In this document: positions 37,400 through 52,300 of the stretch, piece after piece
How positions within the stretch are numbered: the stretch's first letter is position 1
Layout: each line of letters opens with the position of its first letter
Assembly (NCBI GenBank): GCA_963801165.1
Contig: CAWDDT010000005.1
Location: 256,001 to 320,000, forward strand
From: an uncultured bacterium
Lineage (GTDB): Bacteria > Actinomycetota > Acidimicrobiia > Spongiisociales > UBA5794
Reading direction: 5' to 3'
DNA: 64,000 nucleotides
Program-made: the position numbers and the translations under genes
The notes under the pieces: generated by a model
Seen by the model: only the letters and a program-made list of their open reading frames with translations
Databases searched by the model: none
Told to the model about the DNA's origin: nothing

Positions 37400-40300
37400 C
37401 TACATCTCGCGACGCTTTCGGGAGTAGAGGACCATGCCTGCGCCTGCGGAGAGCATCATCAGGGCGGCGATGAACAGATCGCCGAAGTTGCCGCCGGTGA
37501 ACGGGAGCGTGTCGGGCGGCGGCTCGTCGCCACCCGGGGGATCCTCGGGACCGGGCAACGTAACCGGGGTCACCGCAATGGTGTGGGTGTGCAAGATGCA
37601 GATCTGCGGGACGTCGTCGTCGCAGACCTGAACAACGATCTGGTAGGTGCCGATCTCCTCGGTGACACCGCTGAACGTACCGTCGGGGTTGAGCGTGATC
37701 CCGGGTGGCAGCTCACCGCTGACGTAGGTGACCGTCACCGGGCCACCGTCGGGATCCGAAACCGGGATCGGCGATAGCGGGTCGCCGACGACGACCGACT
37801 GGAACGAAGCTTCCGGCCCGGGTGGCTGGTTGACCTTGTTGACGGTGACGGTGACCGTCGCCGTGTCGCACAGACCAGTCGCCGGGACACCACCGACCGG
37901 ACCGCCCACCTCACAGATCGTGTAGGTGAACGTGTCGGTGCCGACAAACCCGGAATTCGGCGTGTAGGTGATGGTGCCGTCGGGGTTGACGACGACGGTG
38001 CCGTTGAGCGGAGGGGTCGTACTGTCGACCGCGAAGGCGTGGCCGTCCGGGTCGCTGTCGTTGCTGAGCACCGAGATGACCACCGGTGTGTCCTGGTCGG
38101 TGACAGCACTGTCGTCGACTGCAACCGGGGGACGGTTGCCCACCAGCGGGAAGTCGACATCGAGATCGGTCTCACCGGCACCGAGCGTCAGCGTGACCGG
38201 TGGGGCCGTGCCGAGATCAGCCGGGATGGTCGCATCGTCCATCTCGACCCGGTATCCGCCTGCCGGAAGACCATCGACCAGGTACCGACCGTCGGGGTCG
38301 GTGACTGTCGTGAACACGATGTCGTCGGCCGTACCGATGACGCCGTCGCCGCCTGCCCAGGTCACATTGACGGTGACACCCGCCACACCCGGCTCACCGG
38401 CGCCGAACACACCGTTCCGGTCGACATCCTCGAACACCTGATCGCCGATGCTGCCCGAACCGGCCAGCGGGAAGTCCGCATCGTCACGAGCCTCCGCCGC
38501 CACCAGCGTCACCATCTGGCTCGTGGCGCCGGTGAGACCCGCCGGAACATTACCGATGACGACACTGAAGTCACCGGCGGGGAGACCGTCGACCTCGTAC
38601 CGACCGTCAGATGTCGTGGTGGTGGTGAACACCAGATCGTCGCCGCCGCCGATGACGCCGTCCGGGCCGAACCAGGTGACGGTGACGTCCACACCACCGA
38701 TGCCCGGCTCACCCGGATCCTGGACGCCGTTGCCGTCGAGATCGAGGAACACCTGGTCGCCGATGGAGCCGGTGGCCGTGTAGGCGAAGTCGATGGTGTC
38801 TCCCGTCGAACCCGGCGGCAGGGTCAGCGTGGTAGCGCTGTCGAGGGTGCCGTCGGGGTCGACGGTCGGGAAGTCGACACCGGCGGGGAGGGCGCCCGTG
38901 TCGACCGTGATCTCGTAGAGCCCGGGCGGCACCAGGTCGAAGCCGTAGTTGCCGTTGCCGTCGGTGGTCGTGTTGAGCACCTCATCGTCTGCGGTGCCGA
39001 AGACCCCGTCGAGACCCGCCCAGGTGGCCGCCATCGGGATCCCGTCGAGACCGATGTCGCTCGGGTCGATGACGCCGTCGCCCGCCACGTCGTGGGCGAT
39101 GGTGCCGCTCAGATTGCCGCGAGCCAGCGCCACCACGTCGGCGTTGTCCTCGTCGGATAGTGCGTTCCCGAGCGGGTCGGTGGCGGTGACGGTGGCAGTG
39201 TTGGTGAAATCGTCGGTGGCTGTGACGACGCACGTGTAGGAAACCGGCGGTGAGCCGACGGGCAGGTCGCCGATGGCGTTGTCGCAGGCCGGGACCAGCG
39301 GGTCGGTGACGGCGACCTTGGTCAGGTCGGTCTGGCCGGTGTTGGTGACGATGATGGTGAAGGTGGCGTCGTCGCCCTCGACCACGGTCTGGATGTCGGG
39401 GGTCTTCTGGATGTCGATACCGGGCACGAGCACGGTGACGTCTGCAGTGTCGCTGTCGGTGACCTCGAGCCCGATCGGGTCGGTTCCGGAGACATCGGCC
39501 GTATTGGTGAAGCCGGCGGTGACATCACTCACAGTGCACGTGTATGAGGTGCTGGCTCCGGCCGCCAGGTCGCCGATGGTGCCGTCGCAGGCGGGCACCA
39601 GGGCGTCGGTGACGGTGACACCGGTCAGGTCGACGTCGCCGGTGTTGGCGACCTCGATGGTGAAGGTGGCAGCGTCGCCGGCGACCACGGTCTGGCCGTC
39701 GGGCGACTTCTGGATCGAGATGGCCGGAGCGATCACATCGACGTAGGCGCTGTCGCTGTCGGTGACCGGGTTGCCGATCGGGTCGTCACCGGTGACGTCT
39801 GCGGTGTTGGTGAAGTCCGCGGCGCCCGCGGTCATCGAGCACGTGTAGGAGGTTGTGTCACTGACGGCAAGGTCGCCGACGACGTTGTCACAGGCCGGGG
39901 CGGTGGCGTCGGTCACAGTGACGTTGCTGAGCGCCACGCCACCCGTGTTGGTGACGGTGATGGTGAAGTCGACCGTGTCGCCGGTGCGGGCCTGCTGCAG
40001 ATCCGGGGTCTTCTGGATCTCGATACCCGGCACGACCACGGTCACGTCCGCCGTGTCGCTGCCGGTGACCGTTGCCCCGATCGGGTCGGTGCCGGTGGCG
40101 GTCGCCGTGTTGGTGAAGTCCGCGGTGACGCCGGCGAGCGAGCAGGTGACGGTCGTGGTTGCTCCAACGGCCAAGTCGCCGACGGTCGTGTCACAGTCGG
40201 GCGCAAGCGGGTCACTCACCGTGACCCCGGTCAGATCGACATCGCCGGTGTTGGAGACGGTGATGGTGAACGTCGCCGTCCCGTTGACCACGATGGCCTG

Positions 40301-43300
40301 GTTGCCGGGGGTCTTCTCGATGGCGAGACCCGGAGCAATCACGTCGACGGCGGCATCGTCGGAGTCGGACACCGGGTTTCCGAGCACGTCGCTGCCGGCG
40401 ACCGAGGCGATGTTGGTGAAGTCGGCAATGACGCCCGCTGCGGTGCAGTCATATGACGTGCTCTCCCCGACCGCCAGGGCGGCGATGGTGTTGTCACACG
40501 CCGGAGTCAGCGCATCGGTGACGGTGAGGTCGACCAGCTCCTGGTCGCCGGTGTTGGTGACGGTAATGGTGAAAGTGACGTCTTCGCCGCTGTGGATCTG
40601 CTGGGTGTCGGGAGTCTTCTGGATCTCGACGCCGGGGGTCACTATCTCGACCGCGGCATCGTCGCTGTCGCTCACCTGGGTACCGATCGGGGTGTCGGCG
40701 GTTGCCGTGGCTACGTTGGTGAAGCTCGCCGGCACACCGGTGACGGTGCAGGTGACCGTTTCGCCAGCGCCGATGGTGAGTGAGGCGAACGTGGCGTCAC
40801 AGCCCGGGGCGAGCGGATCGCTGACCACGATGTTGGTGAGATCGGTGTCGCCGGTGTTGGTGACGGTGACCGTGAACGAGGCGTCCTCACCGGCCAGCAG
40901 CGTCTGCAGGTTCGGGGTCTTGCTGACCGTGATCGCCGGGTCGACGAAATCGACGTCTGCCGTGTCGCTGTCGGCGACGGGGTTGCCCAACGGGTCATCG
41001 GCGGTGACCGAAGCGGTGTTGGTGAAGTCGGCGGCTACCCCGGTGACGTCGCAGTCGTACGAGGTGCTCTCACCGATCGCCAGCGCGGCGATGGTGGCGT
41101 CACATGCCGGGGCGAGGGGGTCGCTGACCGTGATGTTGTTGAGCGGGGTGGCTCCGGCATTGGTGACGGTAATGGTGAACGTCGCCGTTCCGCCGGGGCC
41201 GACCAGCTGGGTATCGGGTGTCTTCTGGATGTCGATGCCGGGCAGCAGCACGGTGACATCTGCGGTGTCACTGTCGGAGACCGGGCCGACCGCGCTGTCT
41301 GCGGTGACCGAGGCGGTGTTAGTGAAGTCGGCGGCGGTGGCGGTGCCGTCGCAGGCATAGGTCTCGGTAGCGCCGACGGCCAGGGAGGCGAAGGTGGCAT
41401 CGCAGGCCGGGGCGAGGGCATCGGTGACGACGACGTTGCTGAGGTCGATGTCGCCGGTGTTGGTCACCCCGATGGTGAAGGTCGGCGTGCCGTTGAGCCC
41501 GACCGACTGAAGGTCAGGGGTCTTGGCGATGCTGACCGCCGGGTTGACCACATCGACGTCGGCGCTGTCACTGTCCGTCGCCGGGTTGCCCACCGTGTCG
41601 GTAGCGGTGACAGCGGCGACGTTGGTGAAGTCGTCGGTGACCACGTTGACCGTGCAGTCGTACGAGGTGCTCTCCCCGACCGCGAGGGCGGCGATGGTGG
41701 TGTCGCAGGCCGGGGCCAATGCGTCGGTGACGGCCACGTCGATGAGCGGCACGACACCGGCGTTGGTGACCGTGATGGTGAAGGTCACGTCGCTGCCCGG
41801 TGCGGCCAGCTGGGTGTCGGGGGTCTTCTGGATGTCGATCTGCGGCACCAGCACCACCACGTCTGCGCTGTCGGAAGCGGTCACCGTGCCGCCGGCGGGA
41901 TGGGTGGCCACCACCGATGCCGTATTGGTGAAATCGGCTGTGACATCGGCGACGGTGCAGTTGACGGTCTGGGAGGCGCCGATCCCGAGGTTCGGGATGA
42001 CGGCGTCGCAGCCGGGTGCCCGCGGATCGCTGATGGTGACATCGGTAAGCGGGCTGTCGCCGGTGTTGCTGACGGTGATGGTGAAGGAGGCGTCCTCACC
42101 GGCCAGGAGTTGCTGGAGCGCCGGGTCCTTGGCGAGGCTGATTGCCGGGTTGATCACCACAACGTCTGCGGTGTCCTCGTCGGTGACGGTGCCACCGGCG
42201 GGGTGGGTGCCGACCACCGAGGCAGTGTTGGTGAAGTCTGCACCGACCCCGGTCGCAACGCAGCTGTAGCTGGTGGAGGCGCCGGCCGCCAGGTCGCCGA
42301 CAGTCGCATCGCAGGCGGGCACCAGGGCGTCGGTCACGGCGACATCGGTCAGATCCACATCGCCGGTGTTAGTGACGGTGATGGTGAAGGTGGCGTCGCT
42401 GCCGCTGGTTACGAACTGGCTGTCGGGGGTCTTGTCGATAGTGATCGCCGGGTTGACCACGTCGACGGCAGCGTCGTCGGAATCGCTCACTGTGTTGCCC
42501 AGCGAGTCGTCGCCAACCACCGAGGCGGTGTTGGTGAAGTCTGCTGTAACGGCCGGGACGGTGCAGGTGTACGAGGTGTTGGCGCCGACGGCGAAGTCGC
42601 CGATGGTGGCGTCGCAGTCGGGGGCGGCCGGGTCGGTCACCTGGACGCCGGTGAGGTCGACGTCGCCGCTGTTGGTGACCGTGATGGTGAACGTCGCATT
42701 CTGACCAGCGAGCACCGGGGTGTTGTCGGCGGTCTTGGTAAGTGTGATCGCCGGGGCGATGACATTGACGTCGGCAGTGTCCTCGTCGGTGACGGTACCG
42801 CCGAGCGGGTGGGTGCCAACGACGGACGCCGTGTTAGTGACGTCGGCGGTGAGCGCCGGCATCGTGCACGAGTACGTGGTCGCCTCGCCGGAAGCCAGAT
42901 CGCCGATCGCGGCGTCACAGCCGGGCGCCAGAGCGTCGGTGACGGAGACATCGGTCAGCGGGTCGGTGCCAACATTGGTGACGGTGATAGTGAAGGTGGC
43001 GTCGACGCCGATGACGATGACGGGGGTATCTGCGGTCTTGACGATCTCGATCGCCGGGGCGCTGACGATGACGACGGCGTCGTCGCTGTCGCCGACCGGG
43101 TTGCCCAGCGGGTCGGTGGCCGTGACGTCGGCGACATTGGTGAACCCGGTGGTTACCCCGACCACTGTGCAGCCGTAGCTAGCGGTCTCGCCGGCGGCGA
43201 GGTTGCCGATGGTGCCGTCGCAGCCCGGCGCCTGGGCGTCGGTGACGGCGACATCGGTCAGATCGACATCACCGGTGTTGGTGACCGTGATCGTGAAGGT

Positions 43301-46300
43301 GGCGTCGTCGCCTGCGAGGACCGTCTGGGTGTCCGGGGTCTTGGCGACGGTTATCGCCGGGTCGATGACGTCGACGGCGGCGCTGTCGCTGTCGGTCACC
43401 GAACCGCCGGACGGGTCGTCGGCGGTCACATCGGCGACGTTGGTGAAATCAGCGGTGACTGCTGGCACCGTGCAGTCGTACGTCTCGGTGGCGCCGATAG
43501 GCAAGGCGGCGAAGGTAGCGTCGCAGGCCGGAGCCAGCACGTCGGTGACGACGACGTTGGAGAGTTGGGCATCGCCGCTGTTGGTGACGGCGATGGTGAA
43601 GGTCACGTCGGAACCGGTGAGCACGGTCTGGGTGACCGGGGTCTTGGTGATGCTGATCTCGGGGGCGATCACCTCGACGTCGGCCACGTCGGAATCCGTA
43701 ACCGGGGTCGGTGTCGCCGGGTGCTCGGCAACGACGACGGCGACGTTTGTGAGGTCGGCGGTGACGTTGTCGAGGGTGCAGCTGTAGGTGACGCTCTCCC
43801 CTGCCGCCAGTGACGGGTAAGTGGCGTCGCAGTTGGGGGCCTGGGCGTCGGTGACCACGACGTTGTCCAGGGAGACATCGCCGATGTTGGTGACGGTGAT
43901 GCCGAACGTTGCAGTCGTCCCACCGAGGATGGTCTGGGAGGGTGGGTTCTTGGCGATGTCGATCGTCGGGCTGACCACGTCGACATCGGCCGTGTCACCG
44001 TCGTTGACCGGGGCGCCGAGCGGGTCGTCACCGGTGACCAGGGCTGTGTTGGTGAAGTCGTCGGACCCGGCGGTCATCGTGCAGCTGTAGCTGGTGGAGG
44101 CGCCCGCCGCGAGTGCGCCGATGACGTTGTCGCAATCGGAGGCCAGAGCGTCGGAGACGGCAACGTTGGCGAGATCCACATCGCCGTTGTTGGTGACGGT
44201 GATGTCGAAGGTCACCGTGCTTCCGGCGACAGCCTGCTGGAGGTCCGGCGTCTTCTGGATGTCGATGCCGGGGTCGATGACGTCGACGGCGGCTGTGTCG
44301 CTATCGGTCACCGGGTTGGCGAGCGGGTCGTTGCCAGTGACCGTGGCGGTGTTGGTGAAGTCGGTACCGCCCGTGGTCATGGTGCACGAGTACGTCTCGG
44401 AGGCGCCCGTGGCGAGCGAGGCGAAGCTGCCGTTGCAGTTGGGGGCAAGCGGGTCGGAGACGGTCACGTCGGTGATGTCGACATCGCCGGTGTTGGTGAC
44501 GGTGATGTCGAAGGTCGCCGTTTCGCCTGCCACGATTTGCTGGCTGTCGGGGGTCTTGTCGATGGTGATCGCCGGGTTGACGACGGTGACGTCGGCGATG
44601 TCGGAATCGGTCACCGGGTTGCCGAGCGGGTCGTCGGCCGTGACCGTTGCGGTGTTGGTGAAGTCGTTCGTGCCGGCGGTCATCGTGCAGCTGTAGGTGG
44701 TGGAGGCGCCTGCCGCCAGGGTGCCGATCGTGGTGTCGCAGCCCGATGCCAGGGCATCGGTCACCGCAACGTTGCTAAGGCTCACGTCCCCGGTGTTGGT
44801 GACGGTGATGTCGAAAGTGACGGTGCCGCCGGCTGCGACGGTCTGCAGGTCCGGCGTCTTGTCGATCGTGATCGCCGGGCCGATGACATCGACAGCGGCC
44901 GTATCGGAGTCGGCGACCGGGTTGCCCAACGGGTCATCACCGGTAACCGAGGCGGTGTTGGTGAAATCGGCGGTGACTCCGGCGAGTGTGCACGAGTAAT
45001 CGGTGGAGACACCCGCGCCGAGCGTGCCGATGGTGGCGTCGCAGTCGGGCGCCAGAGCATCGGTGACCGTCACATTGTCGAGAGGAACGTCGCCGGTGTT
45101 GGCAACGGTGATGGTGAAGGTCGCATCGTCGCCACCGAGAATGGTCTGGAGGTCCGGGGTCTTGTCGATCGTGATCGCCGGGCCGATGACATCGACGTCG
45201 GCGGTGTCGCTGTCGGTGACCGCGTTGCCGAGCGGGTCGTCACCGGCCACAGAGGCGGTGTTGGTGAAGTCTGTGGAGCCCGCCGTCATGGTGCACGAGT
45301 ACGAGGTCGACGAACCAGCGGCGAGCGAGCCGACGTTGGCATCACAATCGGGCGCCAACACATCCGTCACCGCAACATCAGTCAGGTCGACGTCGCCGGT
45401 ATTCGCAACGGTGATATCGAAGGTCACCGTGTCCCCCGCCAGAGCCTGCTGTGTGTCGGGGGCCTTCTGGATGTCGATGGCCGGGTTGATGATGTCGACG
45501 TCGGCGGTGTCGGTGTCGCTGACCGGGTTGCCGAGCGGGTCGTCACCGGTGACTACGGCAGTATTGGTGAAGTCGACTGCCCCGGCCGTCATCGTGCACG
45601 AGTACGTGGTCGACGCGCCCGCAGCCAGCGGACCGATCGTGGCATCGCAGTTCGGCGCCACGGCGTCGGTAACCGCCACACCGTCGAGATCGACATCGCC
45701 TGCGTTGGTGACGGTGATGTCGAAGGGGACCGTGGCGCCTGCCAGAGCCTGCTGGAGGTTGGGGGTCTTGACAACGGTGATGGCCGGGTTGATCACGTCC
45801 ACGCCCGCGCTGTCGCTGTCGGTGACCGGGTTGCCGAGCGGGTCGTCACCGGTAACCGAGGCGGTGTTGGTGAAGTCTGTGGAGCCCGCCGTCATGGTGC
45901 ACGAGTACGTGGTCGAGGCACCCGCCGCCAGTGCGCCGACGGTTGTGTCGCAGTCCGGAGCGACGACATCGGCCACCGTCACGTCAGTCAGGTCCACGTC
46001 GCCGGTGTTGGTGACGGTGATATCGAACGTCACGGTGTCACCGGAAAGAGCCTGCTGTGTGCCGGGTGTCTTCTGAATGGCGATCGCCGGGTTGATGATG
46101 TCGACGTCGGCCGTGTCGGAGTCGGTCACCGGGTTGCCGAGCGGATCGTCACCTGTCACCACCGCGGTGTTGGTGAAATCGGATGCACCGGCGGTCATCG
46201 TGCAGGAGTAAGTCGCTCCGGCACCAACCACCAGGGTGACAAATGTTGCGTCACAGTCCGGAGCCAGCACGTCGGTCACGGCCACGTCGGTGAGGTTCAC

Positions 46301-49300
46301 ATCGCCTGTATTGGTGACCGTGATATCGAACGTCACCGTGTCACCGTCGTGAGCCTGCTGTGTGTCGGGCGTCTTTGCGACCGTGATCGCCGGGTTGATG
46401 ACGTCGACATCTGCCGTGTCCGTGTCGGTTACCGCGTTGCCCAACGGATCGTCACCGGTGACATCGGCAGTGTTGGTGAAGTCGGCGGTGACACCGGCGA
46501 CGGTGCAGCCGTAGGTCTCGATGGCGCCAACTGCGAGGGTGGCAAATGTCGCATCACAGTCCGGGGCCAGCGCATCGGTCACCGTCACGTCGGTCAGGTC
46601 CACATCGCCAGTGTTGGTGACCGTGATCGTGAACGTTGCATCGCCCCCGGCCACGACCTGTTGCAGGTCGGGGGTCTTCTGAATGGTGATCGCCGGGCCG
46701 ATGACGTCGACATCTGCGGTGTCGCCGTCGGTCACGGGGCTGCCCAGCGGATCGTCACCGGTGACATCGGCAGTGTTGGTGAAGTCGGCGATAACCCCAG
46801 CGACGGTGCAGCCGTAGGCCTCGGCGGCGCCAACTGCGAGGGTGGCGAATGCCGCATCACAGTCCGGGGCCAGCGCATCGGTCACCGTCACATCGGTCAA
46901 ATCCACGTCACCGGTGTTGGTCACCGTGATGGTGAACGTTGCGGTATCGCCGGCGAGGATGGTCTGCAAGTCGGGGGTCTTGTCGATGGTGATACCGGGG
47001 TTGATCACGTCCACAACGGCGGTGTCGGAGTCGGTCACCGGGCTGCCCAGCGGGTCATCGCCGGTCACCGTCACGTTGTTGGTGAAGTCGTCCGCGCCGG
47101 CGGTCATGATGCACGAGTAGCTGCTCGAGCCACCGGCAGCCAGCGAACCGATCGTGGCATCACAGTCCGGCGCAACCGCATCGCTCACGGTCACATTGGT
47201 CAGGTCCACATCGCCGGTGTTCGTCACCGTGATGTCAAACGTCACCGTGTCACCGTCGTGAGCCTGCTGGACATCCGGCGTCTTCTGAATGTCGATCGCC
47301 GGGTTGATCACATCCACATCGGCCGTGTCACTGTCGGTAACCGGGCTACCGAGCGGATCGTCACCGGTCACCGTCGCGGTGTTGGTGAAGTCATCCGCAC
47401 CGGCGATCACCGTGCACGAGTACGAGGTCGAGGCACCCGCAGCCAGCGTCCCAATGGCGGCGTCACAATCGGGAGCCACGGCATCGGTCACGGCAACGTC
47501 GGCCAGATCGACATCACCGGTGTTGGTCACTGTGACATCGAACGTCACCGTGTCGCCGACCAGCGCCTGCTGGACATCCGGCGTCTTCTGAATGTCGATC
47601 GCCGGGTTGATCACATCGACATCGGCCGTGTCGGAATCGGTAACCGGATTACCCAGCGGGTCATCGCCGGTCACCGTCACGTTGTTGGTGAAATCAACCG
47701 CACCGGCCGTCATGATGCACGAGTAGCTGCTCGAGGCACCCGCATCCAGAGCACCGACCGTGGCGTCACAGTCCGGAGCGACCGCATCGGTCACGGCCAC
47801 ATCGGTCAGGTCGACATCACCGGTGTTGGTCACCGTGATATCGAACGTGACAGTGTCACCGGCGTGGGCCTGCTGGGTGTCCGGGGTCTTCTGAATGTCG
47901 ATCGCCGGGTTGATCACGTCGACATCGGCAACATCGCTGTCGGAAACCCGGTTGCCGAGCGGATCGTTACCGGAGACCGAGGCGATGTTGGTGAAGTCGA
48001 GCGCACCGGCGTCCGTCGAGCAGTTGTAGGTGGTCGAGGCCCCGGCCGCCAGCGTGGCGAGCGAGGCATTGCAGGTCGGCGACATCAGGTCGGTGACCGC
48101 CACGTTGCTGAGATCTACGTCACCGGTGTTGGTCACCGTGATGCCGAAGGTCAACGTGCCGCCCGGCAGCGCCTGCTGGGTGTCCGGGGTCTTGGAGATC
48201 GTGATTGCCGGGTTGATCACATCGACATCGGCCGTGTCGCTGTCGGTCACCGGGTTGGCGAGCGGATCGTCACCCGTCACCGCAGCCGTGTTGGCGAAGT
48301 CATCCACACCGGCCGTCATGGTGCACGAATACGAGGTCGAGGCACCCGAAGCCAGCGAGCCGATCGTGGCGTCGCAGCCCGGCGCTACGGCATCGGTCAC
48401 GGCCACATCGGTCAAGTCGACGTCACCGGTGTTGGTCACCGTGATGTCAAACGTCACCGTGTCACCCGCCAGGGTCTGCTGCGTATCCGGAGTCTTGGAG
48501 ATCGCGATCGCCGGGTTGATCACATCGACATCGGCCGTGTCGCTGTCGGCCACCGGGTTGGCGAGCGGATCGTCACCCGTGACCGCAGCCGTGTTGGTGA
48601 AATCGGCGGTGACCCCGACGACCGTGCAGGTGTAGGTCTCGGTCGCACCTGCCGCCAGCGTGGCGAAGGTAGCGCCGCAATCCGGGGCGAGGACATCGCT
48701 GATCGTGACATCGGTCAGTGGCACGTCGCCCGTGTTGGTGACGGTGATCGTGAAGGTTGCATCGTCACCGGCAACGACGGTCTGGGTGTCGGGCGTCTTC
48801 TGAATGTCGAGGCCGGGGTTGATGGCGTCGACATCGGCGGTGTCGGAGTCGGACACCGGGTTGCCGAGCGGATCGTCACCGGCCACCGTTGCGGTGTTGG
48901 TGAAGTCCGTGGTGACTCCGGCGACGCTACAGGTGTATGTCTGAACGGCACCCACGGCCAACGCGGCAAACGTGGCGTCGCAATCCGGGACCAGAGCATC
49001 GGTGACCGACACGTCGGTCAGAGCGACGTCACCGCTGTTTGTCACCGTGATGGTGAAGGTCGCGTCGCCCCCGGCCAGCACCATCTGGTTGTCGGGAGTC
49101 TTTGCGATCGTGATTGCCGGGCCGATGACATCAACGTCGGCAGAGTCGCTGTCGGTGACCGTGTTGCCCACCTCGTCGTCGGCAGTAACGGTTGCGGTGT
49201 TGGTGAAGTCGGCGGTGACGCCAACCAATGTGCACGTGTAGGTGGTGGAGGCTCCGGCGGCGAGCGCCCCGATGGTGTTGTCACAGCCGGGGGCGCCGGG

Positions 49301-52300
49301 GTCGGTGACGACGACGCCGGTGAGGTCTTGCGGCCCCTGGTTGGTGACGGTGATCGTGAAGGCAGCGGTGCCGCCACCGACGACCTGCTGGTTCGCCGGG
49401 CCCTTGGCGATGGTGACCATGCCCGGATACGCATAGCCGAAGTCGACGTCGGCGACGGCGGCGTCGGCGACGGTGATCGCTTGGGGGTTGTTGCCGGTGG
49501 TCGAGGACATCCCGGCGGGCACGGTGGTCTCATCGACTGCAACCGTGTAGTCACCGTTGGGGACCGGCGGGAAGTTGTAGCTCCCGTCCACCGGGGTGGT
49601 GGCTGTGGCGACGACGGTGCCGGTGTCGTCACGTAGCTCGACCGTGATCCCGGCGAGCGGCGGCTCGACAGCATCGATGACAGTGTCGGCGTTCTCGTCG
49701 TTCCAGACGGTGCCGCTGATCGGGTAGGTGGGGAGGATGGCCCCGAAGTCGGCGGTGGCGAACGTGTCACCCGACTGGAGCGGGCTGGTTGCGACCGTTG
49801 TCGGTGTCGTCGGGACGTAGCCGGCGGGGAGGGAGGCCGTATCGACAACGGCGTCGTAGGCGCCCGGCGGCACGACGATGGAGTACGAGCCGTCGGCGGC
49901 AGTAACTGCAGATCCGATCGCGGTCCCGACTCCGTCGAAGACCGCGACGATGACACCACTGATGCCGGGCTCACCCGGATCCTGGACACCGTCGCCGTCG
50001 AGGTCGTTCCACACAAAGTCGCCGATGGTGACCGGAACATAGGCGCCTGCGTCGATGGTCGTGTCGGCGTCGCCGGAGATGACGGTGATCGGTGCCGTCT
50101 GCCCGGTTGCAGGGTCGGCGTCCGAGTCGGTGGCGTCGCTACCGACGTCGGCCGGGGAGAACTCGTAGGCGCCGGGGAGGACGAACTCCGCGACGTAGTT
50201 GCCCGGAGCCAGGGTGACGCTCCACAACCCGTTGCCGGCGGTGGTGTCGGTGGCGACCGGGGTGGCAGGATCGCCTGCGTCATAAACGTTGACGGTGGCT
50301 CCGACGATGCCGGGTTCGCCGGTGTCCTGGATGCCGTCGCCGTTGAGGTCGTCCCAGACCAGGTCGCCGACGGTGACCGGCTGGTAATAGCCGAAGTCGG
50401 CGTCGGTGTTGTCCTCGCCCTCGCCGAGGGTCACCGCATACGGCTCATTGCCGGTGGTGAGTACCGGGTTGCTGAACGGCAAGGTCGCCTCATTGACGTC
50501 GACGGTGTAGTCGCCGGGGGGCAGGTAGGTGAAGCTGTAAGCGCCGCCACCGGTGGTGACTGTGGTGGCCACTACCGCTCCGGTGCCGTCGAGCAGGTTG
50601 ACGGTGACACCGTCGAGACCCGGCTCACCGGGATCCGGGGTGCCGTCGCCGTTGAGGTCGTTCCACACGAAATCGCCGATCGAGGCCCTCTGGATGACAT
50701 CGGTGCTGTGGGTGTCGGTGTCGCTGGTCGGGTCGCCGTCGGTGTCGTCGCCGGTGACGGTAGCGGTGTTGACCAGCGGATCGGGATCTGTGGCCTGGAT
50801 GGTGTAGTCGGCGGTGAACACCCAGGTCTCGCCGGTTTCGAGCAGCCCGTCTCCGTCGTCTCCGCTGACGTAGGAGGCGGCGCCGGCGACATCGTCTGTG
50901 ACGGTGACGTTGGCAACCGGTGATCCGTCCGATGTCGAGTCATGGGACACGGTGAACCCGTAGGTGACGGTGTCTCCCACCAGCGCCGAGACCGGGCCGG
51001 TCTTGTTGATGACAAGCACCGGCAGGTGGTCGATGTCGGTCGAGTGGGTGTCGGTGGCCGCGGGCACGGAGTCGCCATCGAGATCGGTCCCCGTGACGGT
51101 GACGGTGTTGACCAACGGGTCGGCGTCGGTGCCGGCCACCGTGTAGCCAGCCTGGTACACCCAGGTCTCGGCGGCTTCGAGGAGCCCGTCGCCGTCGTCA
51201 CCGCTCACATAGGTGGCGCCGCCGGCGACATCGTCGCTCACCGCACCTACCGACACCGGCGAACCGTCCGAGCCGGGAGCGTGCGACACGGCAAAGGTGT
51301 AGGTCACGGTCTCGCCGATGGTCGCAGTCGCCGGCCCGGTCTTGTCCACCTGAAGGAGCGGAGCCCAATCGACGTCGACCGTCTCGGTGTCTGTGGCTTG
51401 CGGGATAGGGTCGCCGTCCGAGTCGGTGCCGTCGACGGTCACGTCGTTGGTGAGCGGGTCCGGGGTTGCTGCAGTGACGGTCTCGGTGGCGGTGTAGATC
51501 CAGGTCTCGTCGCTATCGAGGAGACCGTCGCCGTTGGTGTCGCCCGTCGGGCCGCTCAGCGTCAACCCGCGGGAGTCGACGACGGTGACCCCGGCGACCG
51601 GGGACATATCAGACGTCAGGGCATGGGCGACCGTGTACGTGTAGGTGACAGTGTCGCCGACCCCGGCCGGGGCAGGACCACCGACTTTGGTGACGGTGAG
51701 GGCAGGACGGAAGTCGACATCGACGCTGTGGCTGCCGGTGGCGTCGGTGATCGGGTCGCCGTTGCCGTCGGTGCCGGTGACGGTGGCCACGTTCACCAGC
51801 GGATCGGCGGTATCGAGCGGGACCGTGTAGTCGATCGTGTAGACCCAGGTCTCGCTGCCGTCGAGCAACCCGTCGCCGTCGGTGTCACCACTGAGTGTGG
51901 CCCCGGAGAGATCGACCACGTCGTCGCTGATCACCACGTCCACCGGGGAGCCGTCCGAGGCCGCGGTGTGGGTGACCGTGTATGTATAGGTGACGGTCTC
52001 GCCGACCGCAACCGGTCCGGCAGGGCCGTCCTTGACAACCTGGAGCTCTGGCTGGAAGTCGATCGGGTCGGTGACGTAGCCCGTGGTCGCGGGCAGGGTG
52101 TCGCTGAAGACCGTGGCCTCGTTCAGGATGTCCGTGACCGAGCCGTCGAATGTGTCGTCGACCTTGACCTGATAGGTGATCGTCATCGACTCGCCGACCG
52201 GGAGGTCGAAGCCGTCGGCGGCATCCACCAACACCGGCGGGACACCGTTGACGAGATCGGATTCGGCGCCGCCGGGGATGTTGTCCTCGACCAATGGGCT